A stretch of DNA of 64,000 nucleotides from Azolla caroliniana (lineage: Eukaryota > Plantae > Polypodiophyta): assembly GCA_043228905.1 (NCBI GenBank), contig JBHGNT010000011.1, positions 7,874,001 to 7,938,000 on the forward strand, in the 5' to 3' direction. Shown here piece after piece: positions 60,961 to 64,000 of the stretch. Position 1 is the stretch's first letter; each line of letters opens with the position of its first letter. Both the position numbers and the translations under genes were made by a program. The notes under the pieces were generated by a model. The model made no database searches, had not been told where the DNA came from, and was given only the letters and a program-made list of their open reading frames with translations.

Positions 60961-62360
60961 TGTGAAATGTTACATGTGGAAGCTATACGAAACACAAAAT
61001 ACCAACAGGGAAAAAAAACAGGTTTAATGGAGAGCTTAAGACACAATGTATGCGGGAGAGACAGAGAGGGAAAAGCACATAGAAAAAACTGAATTCAAAT
61101 AATGTGTAAAACTCTATACATAGGATGTGCTCAAGGAGCACTTTTATACAAGTCCATACAGAAGTACTGACATGTACTTCAATGCTCATAAATGAGCTCC
61201 TACACTAACTCCCAAATATATTTCCTCACGGAATATCTATTCAACGGCCTCCCAGTTTCCGCACCGATCCAGCCTCTTGTTGCGTACCGGTTTACGCACC
61301 GATTCGGCCAATGTTGAGCTTGTATCTCAACACTCCCCCTCAAGCTCAACTTGAGGCTCTTCTGGTCCTTCGCTCCGATTTCTCTTGACTTCACGCCTCG
61401 CTCGCACTCCTCGACCCGTTCGATTCCGCGCGCCTCGACCCTTACGGTCAGCTTGTCTACTCGTGTGGCCTTTTCCAGCTCCCTTGTTGTCACGGTGTTG
61501 GCACCTCTTATGCTACCCTTTCTTCCGCTTGGCCTTCAGTTGATTCACCGTCTCCAAATCAAACATCCGACCCGAATCGGCTACCTCCGAATCGTCTCCG
61601 CTTTTGTCCGAATTGGCTGTCTCCAATTCGTCCTCAATCTTGGCCTTCTCGCCCTTGTTGGCTTCATCTCCCCCATGATTGGGTGGCTCCGACTCTTTCT
61701 TTCGGTTGCTGCCCTCTTGTCCACTTCCAAACTCTTCCAAACTCTTCCGCGGATCCGCCTTCGGCTTCTTCAATCGACACTAAATCAAATTCGTCATCCG
61801 ATTTGGTGTCGCGGTCACTTCCACTCCTTTCCTACTCCTTTCCGTGGTCTTGCGGGGTTTTTCTCCCCCTCAAGTTCGGCACGTTGAGGTGCCTCAACCG
61901 AAGCGCATTCTTTACATCCATCTGATGTAAGTGCCGCCCTGTCACCGCAACTACCACAAGCAAAACACGGATGGTCATCATCTTTGCGACTGGCGCAAAC
62001 GTCTCATCGTAATCGATGCCATGTTGCTACACATAGCCTTTTGCTACTAACCGGGCCTTGTATGGGTTAACCGAACCATCGGTGTTGTACTTGACCTTGT
62101 ACACCCACATGCATCCAATTTCTTTTACACCCTTGGGGGCGTCAACCAGGTCCCAGGTTTCATTCTCCGCAAGTGCGTTCATCTCTTCCTCCATGGCGGT
62201 ACGCCAATTCGCGTCCTTTGTCGCTTCTGCGTAGCTCTTCGGTTCATGCACTCCCGCTACGCGTGTCATGTACACATAATGATGCGCCATGTACTCGTTG
62301 TATCCGAACCGCACAACAGGGTTCTTCTGGCGGGTAGATCGGCGTAATTGCTCATTAGCC
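60961..62360 (-). mobile_element. Copia 3' portion: deleted RT, extra 3' region, PPT and 3' LTR (about 60961-61332)
   Basis: WRTAMEEEM, YKARLVAKGY. PPT AGGGGGAG at 61333-61340 on minus. LTR family of 6717-7146. Confidence 0.85.
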
Positions 62361-62361
62361 G

Positions 62362-63900
62362 ATGTTGAGCCTGTTCTGGCTACATGATAAGAGGAAGATG
62401 AGATTCTCTTCAGCAACAACACAACCAATGAGGGATGGTGAAAGGAGGACGAGATGCGACTACACACAACCACTTAAAGAAGAAAGCTTGAAGATGGAAG
62501 GTTCAACGGTACTCAACATAGAGGCCTTCGTAAAGGAGGCATATGATAGTTTAAAGGTGCAAGTCAAGGCCAAAGAGAAACCTAGAATCAATCCAAAACT
62601 GAGACAATTGGTGATCGAGGAAGAGAAGACCTCCTGGCAAATGCAGACTAATGATGCGGCCAATACGAAGGCCCAGGTTCGGTACGACAGTGCCATGACA
62701 GAAGGTGTAGAACAAGCCACCTTCTCGACTTATGGAGGAATGACAGTCAAGAGAAAGACCGAAAACTCGAGAGCGGGAAATGTTGCTTTAAGAGTGGACG
62801 AGCATTTCGGAACACACGTGTCCGAAATATCGAGTGATGGCGGTGCAAGCATGAGCAAAGCTTGCATGATCAAGGGAGATAAAGAGTGCGATGCTGACGT
62901 GATTGAGGCGGTAGCCATGAGGAACGACATCAAGTCGGAGATGGCTATGGACGAGTCTACGACGGATGACCGTGTCGAGACTTTCCCAACACTTGATCTA
63001 GAGACTTGGGCAGTTGCGTCCAAGAGCCAACGTGAGAACCAAGAGACGGAAGGTGTCGGCGAGGAACCGAAGGTCGAAATGAATACATGCGACGAAGAGA
63101 GAAGCATAATCGAAGCTTGCTCGATCAAGAGGGTCAATGGGTAGGAGGCCCATGAGATTGAAGAGATAGCCACGGAAAATGACATCGAGTCAGAACTGGC
63201 TACGGAAGAATTATTGGCAGATGGCCGCGTTGAGGATTCCTTTACACAAGTTTTAGACACGTGGGCAGTTGTAGAGAGTCAACGTGAGACCCAAGAGATG
63301 GAAGATGGTAGTAAGGGGAAGGACCAAGATGGTGTGCATAACATCGAGGTGAAGATAGATATGGACGAGTCGATGGTGAATGATGGTAGTGACAAGACTT
63401 TCCCCACACTGGTTCCAGAGACTTGGGCAATTGCGTCTGAGAACCAACAGAAGACCTAAGAGACAGAAGGTGGCAATAAGGGGAAGTTCCAATCTGATGT
63501 GAAAGATGACATCAAGACAAAGGTGTCGAAGGCAATTGACCAAAGACAAATGGATTCCTTCACACATGTTCTAGAGACTTGGGCAGTTGTGGTTCAAAGC
63601 CAACGTGAGACCCAAGAGACAAAGGATGATGTCGGAGAAGCGAAGGTCCAAGCTGCTGCAAATAATGATGTTGGGGAGCGACCGAAAAATACATATGGAT
63701 CTCTCCACACTCATTTTGGAGACTTGGGCATTAACCGATGTAAGAGCGAAGAGAAGGACAATGACGACGAAGAAGCAAGGGTTGAAGTTGATGTGTGGGA
63801 GGAAGAGGTCAAGCAAAGAATAGAGACAAAAGTTGATGCATACAACAAAGAGTCTGTGCAAAGTATGACAAGAGATGACGATGGACAAGCGAGCCATTAG
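62362..63900 (+). pseudogene. Decayed acidic repeat-containing ORF, probably TE-derived
   Basis: Recurrent F(P)TxxLETWAVxx(E/K)SQRETQET units across consecutive track ORFs separated by stops. Confidence 0.5.
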
Positions 63901-64000
63901 GATACGAAGAATGTGATCAAAACATCTAGCAAAGACGCTAGTGTGAAGCTTTTCAACTCTAACATGAGATTGTATCATGAAACTAGACAAAGTGAGAAAT

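Overview
No host gene, rRNA, tRNA or CRISPR feature is recognisable. The window is a deeply nested plant retrotransposon region: TTTAGGG repeats point to a land plant, and the element families suggest a non-seed plant (inference). It holds about ten decayed Ty1/copia pieces, several Tat-like Ty3/gypsy remnants carrying an extra coiled-coil ORF, two 5'-truncated RTE/RTEX-like LINEs, solo LTRs with target-site duplications (TSDs), a near-perfect 3 x 4242 bp tandem amplification (33692-46420), and one intact, very young 7.3 kb Ty3/gypsy element (49398-56715). The strongest leads are: (1) a -1 frameshift cassette (G GAU UUU UAG plus an H-type pseudoknot with compensatory changes) between gag-PR and RT-RH-INT, conserved in two divergent copies; (2) Tat-like LTRs preceded by a sense copy of the tRNA-Arg 3' end where the polypurine tract (PPT) should be, hinting at tRNA-primed plus-strand synthesis; (3) LINEs inserted with the same polarity into (CT)n tracts inside LTRs. 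All alignments were made by eye; no database search was run.
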